A DNA stretch of 64,000 bases from Octopus sinensis. Lineage: Eukaryota. Below are positions 12,713-25,783 of this stretch, piece after piece; positions within the stretch are counted from its first letter, which is position 1, and the number at the start of each line of letters is the position of its first letter. The position numbers were made by a program, and so were the translations under genes. Location: positions 20,584,001 to 20,648,000 of the forward strand of contig NC_043014.1 of NCBI RefSeq assembly GCF_006345805.1. Reading direction: 5' to 3'. The notes below the pieces were generated by a model. It searched no databases and was not told the origin of the DNA. It was given only the letters and a program-made list of their open reading frames with translations.

Positions 12713-13115
12713 GCGCAGGCGTGGCCGTGTGGTAAGGAGCTTGCTCCCCAACCACATGGTTTCGGGTTCAGTCCCGCTACGTGGCAACTTGGGCAAGTGA
12801 CTTGTATTATAGACTCGGGCTGATGAAAGCCTTGTGAGTGGATTTGGTAGTCGGAAACTGAAAGAAGCCCGTCGTATATATATATATGTGTGGGTGTGGG
12901 TATTTATGTGTGTGTATTTGTGTCTGCTTGTCCCCCAACCCGCCATCACTTGACAATCGATGTTAGTGTACTTACGTCCCCGTAACTTAAAGGTTCGGCA
13001 AAGATATCGATAGAATAAGCACCAAACTAACAAAGAATAAATCAAGGAGTCGATTTCTCCGATTGAAAGGTGGTGCTCCAGCAGGGTCACAGTCAAATGA
13101 CTGAAACGAGTAAAA
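12713..13115 (+). mobile_element. Full-length tRNA-derived SINE (major family)
   Basis: A box 'tggccgtgtggtaag', B box 'ggttcagtcc', body 'gtgagtggatttggtag.cggaaactgaaagaagcccgtcg', tail 'cagtcaaatgactgaaac'. Confidence 0.85.
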
Positions 13116-13174
13116 GAATACATACATACATACATACATACATACATACGTACATACATGCATACGTACGTACG

Positions 13175-16062
13175 TGTTTTATAATCCTTAAAATGTTGGA
13201 TTGTTATAACACCCACTTCGGTATACAATATACTTAGTAAAGCCAGTAAAGACACAACTATATCTAACCGCCTACTACATATTCCCATACTTCGCTTTAC
13301 TTATAGTGACTATGTTATTCCATTTGTCATGTAGAGGGGTGTACCATTATTACTAATTCTCTACAACATCTCCCTTTTAAGTTTTTCTTAGGGAGTGTCA
13401 TTTTATTTAGCAATATTTTTTTTTACTCACCCTGCCTCCCTGTTTTGAATTTATTTGTCGCTGTTTTTTCGTACAATTTAATATTTTTGCGTTTGGCATC
13501 TACTTTCAGGAACTCTGCTTGTTTTCTTTTCCTTTGACTTGTACTCCTGGGTTCAATCACCTGCAGTGGCGTTGGTGCTTGGAACGTATCGTACAGCCAT
13601 TCCATTGGTTCCTCTACTTCTTTGATTTGCTTTCCACGAATCTCTTTTTCAGTTGGTTCCTGTGTCTCTTTTGTATACCTTTTCTACTTTTTACCCAATA
13701 CATCATTTTACTTATGCATTTGGTAATTATGCCATCTTTCCAACTCTGCTTTCCATTCTTGTATACCCTCATAAACACCTTTTCAACAATTTTAAAGAAT
13801 CTTGCTATGTCTTCCCAGACAATTTTTCTTTTCTTGTCAGGTAACACTTTATCAAAGACTGATTTTACTTTCCTCGCAAATATCAGCTCCGCTGGTGAAC
13901 TACCTGCTGGTGTATTCGGATTTGAGTTCACACGGTACTCTCTTAAAAGTTGCTGTAGAGTTACCTCATCCGTGACTTCCTTATTCGATTTTCTCAGGGC
14001 TCTCTTGAAGGTACCGACATAGTGTTCTGCCTGTCCTATATATTTGGGGTGGTAAAGCGCAGTATTTATATGGTGTACCTCGAGCGTTTCACATTTTTTA
14101 AAAATTCGCTAGACACAAATTGCGTTCCATTGTCAGACACTATTTTGTCTGGGGTGCCAAATCTTTCAAACAATTCATGTAAAAATTGATCACAGTTGAA
14201 GAGGTTGGTGTTTTAGACTTGCGAATTTCAGGCCATTTCAAAAAACTATCAATTACCACTAAGTTGTAAGAACCATTTAAATGACCAACGAAAGCGATGT
14301 GTAGTCTCGACCACAGAACATCTACTTTTGAACAATGTCTACTTTTTATCGTGGGCAATTTTGCAATTCTATCTAGCTTACATACAGGTGTTCCCACTAT
14401 GTTTTACTGCGATTGTTTTGGTTTCAGTCCCCCAGCCGCATTTGTTCTTCGACTGAACCGGCTATATTTCCACACAAAACACTTATGGGCGTATTCCATA
14501 CTTTGAATACGCCAACTAAATTAAGTGAACTTTTTTTAACACATATCTTTGCCTTTTTCATTTGAACTCGAAATATTACATTACACACGAATTCACCGAA
14601 TAAATACATTTTTTTATTCCCGTGCTACCTTTTTCGATTTAATTAATTTCGGCTTACCGACATATTTCCAAGGTTTTTTTTTTTCGTTTATAATGGTGAT
14701 ATCACTACCAATGTCCAATTGCATCTTAACACGTGTATTTCTAATTTTCACCTTCCCGACTTTTTCTCGTCGTTATATTACCAATTTTTTACGATTACAA
14801 ACTATTTATTTTATCTCCTTTGTTCTGACGTTTTGTCATCTTCGTTCTACAGTGCGTTATTATGTGTCCTGTATTTCCACAACGAAAGCACTCTGCTTTT
14901 TTAAATGGAAAATTTATCCTCAGGTGCATACCTCCTGATTTTCGTCGTGGTTTTGGAAAACACATTATCCCTATTCTGACAATTTCGCACATGTTTTACT
15001 TTGAAACAATCTTTACGTTCATTTTCCTCTCTGTCGTGTCTTAATTTGACTAACATTTCAAATTCTTCTGACATGCTATAGGGTTCCATCCTGGTTTTGT
15101 TCCAGCTTAGCGAGAATTCTAGTTCTAACTTACGCGTCCTTTTCGGCAGTTAGCCCCTGTGTAAAAATTTAAAAAAAACATATCTGGCGTTAATTCGCCC
15201 GGCTTGAACTTCACGCATTCCCTGTTAACTCTACCAGCTTATGTGATGTAGTTCTCGTCGTTGTTTTTCCCCACGTTCAGACACTTCCAACGTGTGATGA
15301 ACAAAGAGCTTATTCAACTGAAAATTTACACACTATATCTACTGCGTCATTAAAGTTTATGTCCGAAGGTTTTCTTGGGAGTACATAATTACCGTATCTT
15401 TCATGTTCTGTTGCCGCCAGTTTCCTCAAGATTAAGCGCATTTTCATCTCGTAGTACAAGTCTTTACACTCTTTCTCGATTATTCGCTCCTATTTCCTGT
15501 AATATGCTTTGAAGGTAACTCCTTCGTCTTGTTCGTATTTGAACTCTGTTATCGAGTTCGCAACATAGTCTGGTGAGAATATATTTTTCTGAATTTCCTG
15601 ATGACTTCAGTAATTGCAGCATTTGTTGTTGTTCTTGCAGCTGTGTCTGCTGTTGTTATTGTACTTTCAGCTGTTGTTGCTGCTGTTTTTGCAACTCGAG
15701 CAAACCTGCCAACCATTTTTCCATACTTTTAGGATTTTTCGAAAAATTCTTACACCAGCTTTGTGAGTTTATTAATTCCTCTTCGAGTTTCTATAATCTT
15801 CACATGAATCGCTTTTTCCTCGTCGAGTTTATTAATTCCTCGTGAGTTGTTTAAATCCTCATCGTCACTATTATAATCCTTTAAATGTTGGATTGTTGTA
15901 ACGCCGAGTTACGTATACAGTATACTTAGTAAAACCAGTAAAGACACGACTATCTCTGACTGCGTAATATGTACTTCATGTATTTCTCTTTACTTATAGT
16001 GACTATGTTATTCCATTCATCACATGGGAGGGGTGTACCATTATTACCAATTCCCTACAACA
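13175..16062 (-). mobile_element. Gypsy LTR retrotransposon (Mag-like), internally deleted for RT/RNase H
   Basis: ~194-bp LTRs at 13175-13368 and 15869-16062. PPT 'aaaagggaga' next to the 3' LTR and PBS-like 'gtgacgatgagg'. TSD gtacg/gtatg. Gag knuckle 'CFRCGNTGHIITHC', protease 'QLDIGSD', integrase 'WSRLHI.FVG..YNLVVIDSFLKWPE' and 'SPAELIFARK'. Confidence 0.9.
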
Positions 16063-16405
16063 GTATGTAAGTATGAGTGTATGAATGTGTGTGTCTTTGT
16101 GTTTGTAGTTGCCGCCCACCTAACTCTGGACGACTGGTTGGCTTCATTATGTCCTTCCAACTTCGCATTTCGGCAAAAGAGAGAGTAAGTGTCAGGCTTT
16201 TAAAATAACTACTGTGGTCGATTCGTCTGACTAAACTCATCAAGGCGATGCCCGAGCAGTCAAGAGAGACAGAGAAAGGGGAGAAAGAAGTATCAGCCCA
16301 CTTTGCAGCCTCGGTGGTCGATCCTTCTTGTCTCAAATCGCACTCGTCAGACAACCGCACATGTGTAGCTGACGTGGACTTCGCTCGGAAAACCAAGCCA
16401 ACACG

Positions 16406-16458
<53 letters not shown>

Positions 16459-16463
16459 ACATC

Positions 16464-16497
<34 letters not shown>

Positions 16498-16515
16498 GAC
16501 ACACATCCACACACA

Positions 16516-16548
<33 letters not shown>

Positions 16549-16592
16549 GGTGTAGGCAGCAGGCCTGGCTGTGTGGTAAGAAGCTTGCTCCC

Positions 16593-18561
16593 TTGCGTAT
16601 GCGTTGGTCAATGTTTTCTTTGCACTGCTAGGAGTCACGTCACTGTATACCAACGACTGGATTATTGAAAAGTGAAGCACAACTACCGAGTAAGACACTT
16701 CTTTTGGGGGGATTCAGTGGGGGTTTGCTCGTGTTTATTTATTTTTGTCGAACCAGAAATCTCCACTGAGTTCCACGCATTTGTCTGCCTGTGCTTGTGT
16801 TTAAAGTTTCACTTAGCGGTTAGAAGTGTGTTTTGGGGGCGTATCCCTCCGACTATAATTGTGCTAATTCTTTACCATTTAAGCTTGACTCTTTTATGCC
16901 CTTACCAAGATGATTACCAAGTAGGCCAGGAGTACCAGGACAGACAGAATAGTTTGCTGTGTGTTTCAACTGCTTCTTGTCTTCTTCTTTCCTTCCTGCA
17001 TTTTTTTTAACTCTGTAAACTTTTATTTTTTGTGAAATTTTTCAAAAAAGATATGGCAAAGAATAAAAATAACATTGTGTTGGAGTGAAAGACTTTGAAG
17101 AGAGGACCGTTGTGTTAAGGAATTACTCAAAGTCGCTCGACATCATTGCCCTCTTTTAAAAGACTCAGATTGAAAAAGAGTTGGCAGAATATTTGCCAAC
17201 TATTATAGTCATCTCCAGTGGGGTCAAATATGCAACGATGTGGTTGCTAGTTGACACACCTGAAGATGCTGGCAAATTTACAAGCCAGCCCTTAGAGGTT
17301 AAAGAGATTTTGTTTCTTCCTACGTATGGTGGAAACACGCTGATAAGACCTTGGGTCTGCGGGTTGCCACCCGGGATAGAACCCGAGTGGATACAGGACA
17401 CTATCTGCCGGGGTCTGGGTGGCAGCGGATCCAAGCTGCTTAATGTTAAAATTTTGCCTGCCGCCAATTGGGTTGGGTCAAAAACTGTTTTGGCCCTGTG
17501 GACCCAACCAGCCAAGAATCTGGTTTTTCCAGATTTTTTGAAAATTGCAGGTACCCGGTGATTCTTGGAGGAGGCCCCCCCTCCAAGTGTCACTTGAGCC
17601 TGGAACCGGGCCACTTCAAAAAGAACTGTCCCCAGGACCAGAGTTGGGTCCTCGAACTGTTGGCTGTGGAAGAGCTGCCTCCTCCGGACAAGGAAGAGAT
17701 GGAGGTAGTCGAGGAGGTAGAAACCTCCCCGGAAAAAAGGGGAAAAAATGGAAGGTGGGCAACAATGGTTGCTCACCGGAGGACCCTAAAGCTGCGGGAG
17801 GCAGCGATGATCCTCCGGTTAAGGCGAAGTAACCACCCCCTCCCGTACCAAAGACAAATAAAGAAGAAAAAGAATGGGACAGTGCCTGCGGTTTGCAGTA
17901 CACTGCCGGCATATTCCTAAACCTCGTCGGTGGGATTTGTGCCACCGACGGAAGAAACTGTGGCATAAATGTAATAAATGAGGAATTTGTGATCTTCTTT
18001 CTTAAGGGAGGGGCCGTAGAGAACTTTGTAAGAAATTTTGAAGGTCGGGAACGGGCGGTCCTGACCTGCATCGATAGCCCGGATTAGCCTCCGCAGGTGG
18101 CTGCGGAAGTCATAGAGGAAAATTACTTCTATAGGGTAATAGATTCCTTTACTAAGGAAGAATATAATTATCTTTTTTGGGACCCCGGCTTCCGACTGCA
18201 GGATTGCCTGCAGGCGGCAAGAGACTTAATTGAAGAGGCAGAGTGAGAGGTATTAGCGCCTCGATTAGAACTTGGAGATTGGTAAGAGGCTTAGCGCCTC
18301 AAGTTGAGTATTTTCTGAACCTCTTTGATTGATAAGAGTCTCAGCGCCCCAATTTGTAATTATTGTAAGAGTTTCAACACCTCATTTGTGTTTGTTTGTT
18401 TTTTTAAGGAAGTATATTCTCGAGAAGCATCGATCGGTGGGCGTCGTCTGCTTCTCTCATCAATATCATTATTTTGCTCATCATTCATTTCATTTGTGTT
18501 GTTGTCCAGCCTGCACTTCCTTCTATGTATGTAATGTCTTTATGGCAAATTTGATGAAATA
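16593..18561 (+). mobile_element. ORF1-only non-LTR-like element (L1/Tx1-like) inserted in a SINE tRNA head
   Basis: Flanking duplication aagaagcttgct(t)ccc at 16578-16592 and 18562-18577. Frameshifted ORF1-like sequence with knuckle 'CHLSLEPGHFKKNCP'. Ends in aataaa. The SINE resumes at 18562. Confidence 0.7.
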
Positions 18562-18705
18562 AAGAAGCTTGCTTCCCAACCACATGGTTCCGGTTTCAGT
18601 CCCACTGCGTGGCACCTTTGTTAAATGTCTTCTACTATAGCTTCGGACCGAACAAAGCCTGTAAGTGGATTTCATAGACGCAAACTGAAACATGACCATC
18701 GTATG

Positions 18706-18743
<38 letters not shown>

Positions 18744-18762
18744 CATACGATGGTCATTTCTA

Positions 18763-18828
<66 letters not shown>

Positions 18829-19340
18829 TAGAAATATGTTATAAAAAGAAAATAGAAACTACACGTGGAAATATAAGGGGAAAATAAGAAAATTCAACGA
18901 AAATGCACATTGTAAATAAAAGAAGTAAAGGCTTTTTATGAAAGGTAACGACAGATATATATATTTAGATGGACTGAGGTAGGAATAAAAGTAATAAAAG
19001 TCATAAAAGTCATTATTATGAGATGATTAGAAAGTCAGAAAGCAAAAAATACCATGGTTTCGTGAAAGCTATTCATATATTTATGTATGTATGTATGTAT
19101 GTATGTATGTATGTATGTATGTATATACATGTGTGTGTATGTTTGTTCCTAAGTTATCGCTTGGCAACCGAAGTTAGTATGTTTACGTCCCCATAGCTTA
19201 GCAGTTCGGCAGAAGAAACCGATAGAATAAGTACTAGGTTTACAAAGAATAAGTCCTAGGCTCGATTTGTTCAACTAAAAACCTTTAAGGCGGTGCCCCA
19301 GCATGGCCGCAGTCTAATGGCTGGACTGAAACAAATAACA
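18562..19340 (+). mobile_element. Remainder of the interrupted major-family SINE
   Basis: 'cccaaccacatggttccggtttcagtcccactgcg' at 18575. The 3' half is at 19140-19340, after intervening sequence. Confidence 0.7.
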
Positions 19341-19458
19341 GTATATAAATATATAAAATTATAATTTTATAATTATTACCTTTGAAAGGTTTTTATTCCC
19401 ACGCTGGTCACCTGATAAGATCGGTATTCAAATATCGATCTTATCCTTATTTATATAA

Positions 19459-19490
<32 letters not shown>

Positions 19491-19616
19491 CACGTCATCA
19501 CGTCATGTGACCGACCAGGGTATCAGATGTTGCTACAAATCGCTGGTCACAATGCGCTTCGCATTGTTTTAGCCTTCAAATGACACCGCCCCGCTGGCGA
19601 AGCGAGCAGGCCAATA

Positions 19617-19666
<50 letters not shown>

Positions 19667-19880
19667 ATATATAATATATATAATATATATATATATATAT
19701 GTATATATATATGTATATGTATATGTATATATATATGTATATATATACGTATATATATACGTATATATATATATATATATACCGGAGTAAACACATAAAT
19801 GTGAAACAAGGTGGAAAAAAGAGTACTCAAATACCAGTGGTAGAGTAATATGCTTTATTTTAAGCAGCAGAAAATTCAAC

Positions 19881-19928
19881 AAAATCTGTTACTCTGAGTT
19901 TCTCGTTGCCGTTCATCAGACAGTTTTT
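19881..19928 (-). ncRNA. Minimal type I hammerhead ribozyme (inverted copy)
   Basis: Exact reverse complement of 22471-22518. Confidence 0.8.
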
Positions 19929-20928
19929 GCTAGAATGGAACATATATATTAATTCAATCTATACTCTTACAAACGCTACACCTTTAAAAAGAAATGGACT
20001 TGTTTGATTGGCCCTTTAGAAAAAAACGGTCAATCTTCGAGCGATAAACAAAAAGGTCAAAAATATATGTATATATATATATAAAAAACTTATAAAAATT
20101 ATAAAAATTATAAAATCCGAGGAAAAAACCGAGGAAAAAACCTATTGCCGTTAATGAAGACAGTACAAATTAATGCATAGAAATTAAACCTGTTATAAAT
20201 ACTGCAATACATATTTATATTAAAATCCACATATATATATCAACATACACAAAAGGATGCGCGTAAACGCCATACATACATATACAGACGTATGAATATG
20301 AATCTAAATTATACACATAAAAGCATGTGTACATATATTCACGCAAACCGTCTCGCACGCAAGCTAAAATTCATCTATGTAGCAATTCTCATATACTGAG
20401 CAAGGAGGGGGAACGAAAGAAAGGGAAAGAGAGAAAAAGGAACGAAAGAGGGGGGGGAAACTTGTAGCGATGTTATTGGCATCTATAGAGGCATCTATAG
20501 AGGCCAGTATACATACACAAGTTTGAATTGATACATATACATACTTTCACTTACACATACACAGATACGCATGCTTACAAATACATATGCTTTGCTATAC
20601 ACAAACTTATATAAACATTCTAAATTTGACAACATTGCTTTTTTTAAAATAAAAAACATTGCTTTTAAAAAATGGGTGCATTAATAAAAATATATACGAA
20701 AGACATATAAAATAAAATATAACATCCTATTTTGGGTCATTTATAAATAATCAAGGTAATATAAATAATCAAGGTAATCCTATGCAATACAATAACATGA
20801 AAACAAAGTTTGTAGGTTTTTCCTAATATATATGTAGAAACAATAAGACTTTGCTATAGATCCGTCGTAGCGCTTAAGAGTCAAAATCAAAATCAAAAAT
20901 CAAAATACAAAATATATACTCTATCCAT

Positions 20929-21456
20929 ATGGTCGCCTCTTACATTAGCCAACATAATAGGAAGCTAATTGAGATTAGATATGGTGCCGAGCCCATTAAG
21001 AAATGTAATTGCAAAAACGAAAGCTCCTGTCCGTTAGAAGGGAAATGTCTAGTGAAAGGAGTGGTTTATAGAGCCAAGGTGCAAGTGGAAGGCTCATCGG
21101 AATACAAGACATACACAGGGGCTTCAGAAAATTCATTTAAAACAAGATTTTATTCTCATAAGAATTCTTTTAAATACCCAGAGAATAGGAAGAAAACCAG
21201 CCTAGCAAAATATGTCTGGGAACTAAAAGAAAAGGAAGCCCCACCTTTCAACGTGACATGGAGCATTCTGGACAGGGCGGCACCATACAGGCATGGAGCT
21301 TACAAATATAATTTCAAGTGCAAGCTTTGCTTATTAGAAAAAATGCACATATTATTCAAAGACAATAATTCTTTGAATCAAAGAAGTGAGTTAATGAACT
21401 TATGTAGGCACGCGGCTAAATTTAAAATGTCGAATATAAATATACCATATGGATAG
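20929..21456 (+). CDS. GIY-YIG endonuclease domain of a PLE (175 aa, uninterrupted)
   Basis: Cys linker 'CNCKNESSCPLEGKCL', 'GVVY..YTG..FKTRFYSH', 'CKLCLLEK' and 'LNQRSEL..CRH'. The conserved Y, Y, R, H, E and N residues are present. Confidence 0.85.
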   Translation: MVASYISQHNRKLIEIRYGAEPIKKCNCKNESSCPLEGKCLVKGVVYRAKVQVEGSSEYKTYTGASENSFKTRFYSHKNSFKYPENRKKTSLAKYVWELKEKEAPPFNVTWSILDRAAPYRHGAYKYNFKCKLCLLEKMHILFKDNNSLNQRSELMNLCRHAAKFKMSNINIPYG

Positions 21457-22470
21457 AGTATATATTTTGTATTTTGATTTTTGATTTTGATTTTGACTCT
21501 TAAGCGCTACGACGGATCTATAGCAAAGTCTTATTGTTTCTACATATATATTAGGAAAAACCTACAAACTTTGTTTTCATGTTATTGTATTGCATAGGAT
21601 TACCTTGATTATTTATATTACCTTGATTATTTATAAATGACCCAAAATAGGATGTTATATTTTATTTTATATGTCTTTCGTATATATTTTTATTAATGCA
21701 CTCATTTTTTAAAAGCAATGTTTTTAATTTTAAAAAAAGCAATGTTGTCAAATTTAGAATGTTTATATAAGTTTGTGTATAGCAAAGCATATGTATTTGT
21801 AAGCATGCGTATCTGTGTATGTGTAAGTGAAAGTATGCTTGTGCTTAAGCACGCATACACACGACGGTATGTATATGTATCAATTCAAACTTGTGTATGT
21901 ATACTGGCCTCTATAGATGCCAATAACATCGCTACAAGATTCCCCCCCCCCTCTTTCGTTCCTTTTTCTCTCTTTCCCTTTCTTTCGTTCCCCCTCCTTG
22001 CTCAGTATATGAGAATTGCTACATAGATGAATTTTAGCTTGCGTGCGAGACGGTTTGCGTGAATATATGTACACATGCTTTTATGTGTATAATTTAGATT
22101 CATATTCATACGTCTGTATATGTATGTATGGCGTTTACGCGCATCCTTTTGTGTATGTTGATATATATATGTGGATTTTAATATAAATATGTATTGCAGT
22201 ATTTATAACAGGTTTAATTTCTATGCATTAATTTGTACTGTCTTCATTAACGGCAATAGGTTTTTTCCTCGGTTTTTTCCTCGGATTTTATAATTTTTAT
22301 AATTTTTATAAGTTTTTTTATATATATATACATATATTTTTGACCTTTTTGTTTATCGCTCGAAGATTGACCGTTTTTTCTAAAGGGCCAATCAAACAAG
22401 TCCATTTCTTTTTAAAGGTGTAGCGTTTGTAAGAGTATAGATTGAATTAATATATATGTTCCATTCTAGC

Positions 22471-22518
22471 AAAAACTGTCTGATGAACGGCAACGAGAAA
22501 CTCAGAGTAACAGATTTT
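22471..22518 (+). ncRNA. Minimal type I hammerhead ribozyme
   Basis: ctgt-CTGATGA-a-cg(gcaa)cg-a-GAA-actc(a)gagt-A-acag. Stem I is ctgt/acag, stem III is near-palindromic, and the cleavage triplet is GUA. Confidence 0.8.
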
Positions 22519-22545
22519 GTTGAATTTTCTGCTGCTTAAAATAAA

Positions 22546-22641
<96 letters not shown>

Positions 22642-23639
22642 GTATATAATATATATATATATATAATATATATATATATATTAAGGTATGTAGAAAAATA
22701 CAACATGGACAAGAACGTATAACTCATAGAAGACGATACAATAAACATGGACAGGACATTCGAACCCCTCAGTCTTCAGTCAAGAACCGGATCATCGTAG
22801 TAATTTCGGCTGATTAATCTTGAGATTACTAGATCACGGCCAGCCCTCCAAGAAAAACTAAGCTGGAAGCGTAGATTTCCTGGAAGAAGGATCGAATGCA
22901 TACGAACACCAGGACAGCAAAAGGGACAGATATAAAAAAAACAAAAAACAAAAAACAAAAAACAATAATGGAATACAGAAACATGAAATACAGAAGCATT
23001 AACGGTGAAAACAACAAGTGTCTTACGACTGAGGGTGGTAGAATGTTCTCCTCTCATACACCCCGGCTGATGCAAAATTGTTCTATTTAGGCACAGCCGT
23101 AGCTTGGTTTCCAAATAAGTGATCCTAAGTTCAGTCCTACTGTGCGACACCTATATACACATATATGTGTAGAGTGTATGTGAGTGTGTGAGTGAGTATG
23201 TGAGTGTGTGCGCGTGCATACGTGTATCTCAGCCTATGAACGAATGCAACTCATTTTCTAAAATATAGTTTCTAGGATTATTGCAGTGGATTAAGATTAT
23301 AATTTTAAAAAGCAAACTATTAAGAAAGATTCAAGTTACTGCAACAACATTTCTGTACAAAATGCATCCAGCCCTTGGCTGAATAACTGGAAGCAATACC
23401 TCCGCTATATTATTATGGATTCCGTTTAATAAAAATCAAAACTTTATGCTCATACGCGGCCTCTCAAAAGCCGATGCCAAGAGGAAACCTCGGGAATGGA
23501 AGTTTGAGTACTTAACTTTTACAAGTTGGGTAAATTTTCAAAGGCCAAGTGCACAAGATTTAGTGGAGTAACACGGCCCTAATAATACAACAACGCGAAA
23601 TCCTAAAATAATCACAAAATAATCATAAAATTATCACTG

Positions 23640-23812
23640 GACACAAATGAAATGAATGATGAGCAAAATAATGATATTGATGAGAGAAGCAGGCGACGCC
23701 CACCGATCGATGCTTCTCGAGAACATTTTTAATTTAAAAAAAAACACAAATGAGGTGTTGAAACTCTTACAATAATTACAAATTGCGGCGCTGAGCCTCT
23801 TATCAATCAAAA
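23640..23812 (-). mobile_element. 3'-end fragment of the same family as 16593-18561
   Basis: Reverse complement of about 18325-18500 ('gagaagcatcgatcggtgggcgtcg', 'tgattgataagag'). Confidence 0.8.
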
Positions 23813-24310
23813 ATTATTAAGAGTAGTTAATTCTAGCATACACTGGTTTCATATATTTGACATATTGTTAATTTGGACTGTTGGTGTCTCAACCACACTC
23901 ACACTTTAAATTCATTTTAGAATCAAAACATTGTGCTACTGCATTTAACAAGACATAAGTTCTTATTTATCATATATCTCTGGAGAACTTTTTTCAGTAA
24001 AGAATTTCCAAACAAATATACTTGGCTAAAACCCGTTAAGGCGGTGGAGCAGTCTGGTCGCACTCCAATGACTAAAGCATGTAAAAGAGCAACAGAAGTA
24101 CGAGTAGACCAAGAACGAAATGGTTGAATATTTATCCAGCCATCCATGGATATTATCCATTGCATCAGTTGGTCACTCTTGGGAACCCAGCTGGAAAGTG
24201 TAATAACAGTTGCTTCTGATAGGACCCTATAAAAAGGTACATGAGAACCCACCGCCGCTATTCTCCCAGGAGTAGTGGGCGGAGATGATGGATGATTATA
24301 TATATAAATA

Positions 24311-24504
<194 letters not shown>

Positions 24505-25560
24505 ACTATGCATAGGTATGTTGCCCGTAATCTTGAAGACTGTAGCATCTCTCGGACACAGGACCAATGCATCACATCACACTTTGAAGGCTATATATTT
24601 GCAATCCAGGAGCCACAAAGTACCTGGTGAACAAGAGAGACTGTAACGCTTTCGTAATCCCAAGGTGCAACCGCATGTGTAGGCTATGTCAGGTTTCTGT
24701 GGAAGACATCACGCATGTGATTAGCAGCTAAAATGTCATCACGGTACTACCTCCCTATGCAATACGATGTTTCGATAAAACAATTTACTGTGCCATCCGC
24801 AAAGAAAACTATCCTGAAATAAACTTAGAAAATCCCTCTGTTGTGGAATACATTCATAAACACCAACTCAAGGAATACTGGTGGAGTATTCCCATCAAAA
24901 CTTCTGTCAAATGTAAACATAACAGGCCAGATATTGTTGTTTGGGACAGGGGCAAAGGTGTGTAGCGTCATAGAGGTCAGCTACCCTGCAGATAAAAATA
25001 TCTCTGAAGATCAAAGAAAAAGTGGATATCTGTGGAGAACTTCTTCGAAACCACCAGCTTCTATATCCAGACTATGAATTCATATTCATACCAATAATAA
25101 TTGGAGCACTAGTTTTAGTTAGTAAATGCTTAAAGGAGAATCTGGATAAACTAGGATTTTCAGAAAGAAATTGACTGGGTGATTCGTACATTACAAGTCC
25201 AATCTGCGAGTGGAACAGTAAAAATATGCAAGAATTTTCTCAAGTTCCAAATGCGAATTTGTCTGTGTTAACTACATCCCCAAGGTGGAGCCTTACATCT
25301 TTGTTGGAAACCGGCTCCCTCCTCAGTGGAAGATTTATAATAATTAAAAAATAGAAGCGACACACATACATTGGTTTTTGTAAGTAAAAGTCTCACTGTC
25401 AGTCTGGATAAGCTTGGATTTTTAGAAAAAGAAATCAACCAATTTGCGCATTACAAGCACACATTTTAAGCGAAACAGTAAAACTACGCAAATATGATAG
25501 TGTTTGTGTTATCTACATTCTAATAATGGAGCTTTGTCACTTTCTTAGAAACCATCTTCT
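24505..25560 (+). mobile_element. 5'-truncated R4-clade (RLE) non-LTR retrotransposon plus a second partial 3' end
   Basis: 'EGYIFAIQE', CCHC 'CRLC..SVEDITHVIS', 'KCKHNRPDIVVWD' and 'FIFIPIIIGAL'. 25390-25560 repeats the 3' end. Confidence 0.8.
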
Positions 25561-25751
25561 TCATAGGAAAAATGTAAGTGGTTAAAGCAGAAGATAAACA
25601 CACGCGTAGACACACACATACATACACACACACACACACACACAGATATAGAGTTGGAAAATTGAATAAAAGCCTTGTAATATGCTAGACATATAACTGT
25701 AGTGATATGAAATAAGGAAGGCCATTCAATTCATTTTCTCTTATTCATCTC

Positions 25752-25783
<32 letters not shown>

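Larger units (their letters stand above)
19781..22546 (+). mobile_element. Young 5'-truncated Penelope-like element with a long inverted 3'UTR/pLTR (arms 19853-20933 and 21444-22546)
   Basis: The arms are reverse complements apart from a 12-bp duplication, a 34-bp indel and a few substitutions. The 510-bp spacer encodes GIY-YIG. Hammerheads lie at the arm ends, and (TA)n flanks both sides. Confidence 0.92.

Noticed and set aside
12818-12835. CTGATGA inside a SINE
   Set aside because: A chance variant of the SINE body, with no GAAA or stems following.
22745-22860. Minus-strand CTGAAGA and CAGCCGAAA motifs
   Set aside because: I could not arrange them into a hammerhead with the correct order and stems.
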